Below are positions 62,791 through 64,000 of a stretch of DNA of 64,000 bases, piece by piece (within the stretch, counting starts at the first letter, position 1; each line of letters starts with the position of its first letter). The notes under the pieces were generated by a model. That model was given only the letters and a program-made list of their open reading frames with translations, was not told the DNA's origin and searched no databases. The stretch covers positions 118,123,036 through 118,187,035 of the forward strand of contig NC_085842.1 of NCBI RefSeq assembly GCF_035594765.1. Direction: 5' to 3'. The position numbers and the translations under genes are program-made. Source of the DNA: Anolis carolinensis (taxonomy: Eukaryota).

Positions 62791-64000
62791 TAAATATTCT
62801 GTGTAACCTCAATGTATGCAAGTATGCAGTTAGCAAGGAAGGAGGAGCAGTTACTACTGTTTGCTTGCTCACATGCCCTGTTCCTCTAATATTGGTATTA
62901 AACATGAAATAAAATTAAGATTAGACTCTATCTAAAAAAAACAGCAAACAAAGCTATGAAACCACAGAACTGTAAAGGAATCCCAGAGTCCATCTACTTT
63001 AACCTGGTGCTTATGCAGGAAAACACACAAGAAAAGTCCTATATGTTGGATACCTCCCCACATCAGACTTCTCTTTTTCTTCTTCTTCTTCTGTGTAATG
63101 TCTCTTACCTGATAAGAAACCTATTAGACCCTTTCTTCACTGGAAGAAAAGAATGGCTACCTTCACAAAGACATTATTTGACCTCATTGGGGGTCTATTG
63201 TGTGTGTGTGAGAGAGAGCATGAAAAAGAGAGCTCTGTGTACAGTTCATAAGCAAAAATGTTGCCGATTGTGAGTTAACTGGAAGGCCTTCTAAAATGAA
63301 TTACTGATGGCCTTTTCTTTCAGCACAGAAGTGTGCTAGTAAAATCTTTTTTTCCTTGAAATTCAGCTACATGAAAGAATAAATGCTATGGGAAAGGGCT
63401 TACTTGATATACAAATACACTCCTAATTTATTCCCTCCACAAAGAACCCTCTGCCCAAGTCTGTAGTTCAGTAAACAGGCACAAGAGGGAGTGAAGCCAA
63501 GGAAAAACAAAGCATTAATTATGAAGAGTTAATGTTAAGAAGACAAAGAGTATTTCACACCTTAGGGACTAATTAGTTTATTGCATCAATGAACTACAGG
63601 TGGCAATTTGCACATTCCAGGAATGAAATTAACAGTGTGCGTACTGTTTCAGCTGCAACCCCTGTATCTACTTCTCATGTTCTTACCACTTCTTCCTTAT
63701 GTTTTCCATTGTATTTATGACATTACAAGTGCCAGCATAAACACCTTGTTGTAATTATGGCATCAGGCGTGCACTTTGTATCTGCCAACTACTTCCTACA
63801 CATCTTACCTGGCGGGCCAGGTGTGATCCCAGCAAGGTGAATCAGGCCAGAAAACAGAAAGGACTTTGGTGAGCTGAGGCAACCAGCAAATTCTAACAGG
63901 CAGTGAGTTGATCAGACACGTCAAGACCAAGGTGGCCTCTTGGTCCAGTAGAACTGCAACAATAGGCTCAGGGCATGATTTACAGTAATAGATAGAAAGT

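Overview
Eukaryotic, AT-rich, repeat-dense genomic DNA whose repeat repertoire suggests a squamate, probably an Anolis lizard (inference). The host gene is a complete 12-coding-exon ARHGEF37-like RhoGEF (DH-BAR-SH3-SH3) on the + strand, ATG 20028 to TAG 50581. All introns are GT-AG with consistent phases; the CDS is 2070 nt (689 aa). Intron 10 carries an apparently intact, full-length DIRS1-type tyrosine-recombinase retrotransposon (40267-46239) with inverted termini, an internal complementary region and three uninterrupted ORFs. Its gag and YR ORFs lie in one frame, separated by a single UGA-C. Two solo LTRs with 5-bp TSDs (14034-15176, 47362-48219) each carry an ORF starting at LTR nt 5 and lying upstream of the putative TATA box. 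One encodes a close match to the LEDGF/TFIIS-N-domain-binding FxGF motif; the other encodes an HMGN-like RRSxR motif. This is the most novel-looking signal. The rest is a non-autonomous Helitron, hAT/Tigger/PIF MITEs, L2, CR1, RTE, Vingi and R4/Dong fragments, tRNA- and 5S-derived SINEs and microsatellites. Family names come from motif recognition, not database searches.
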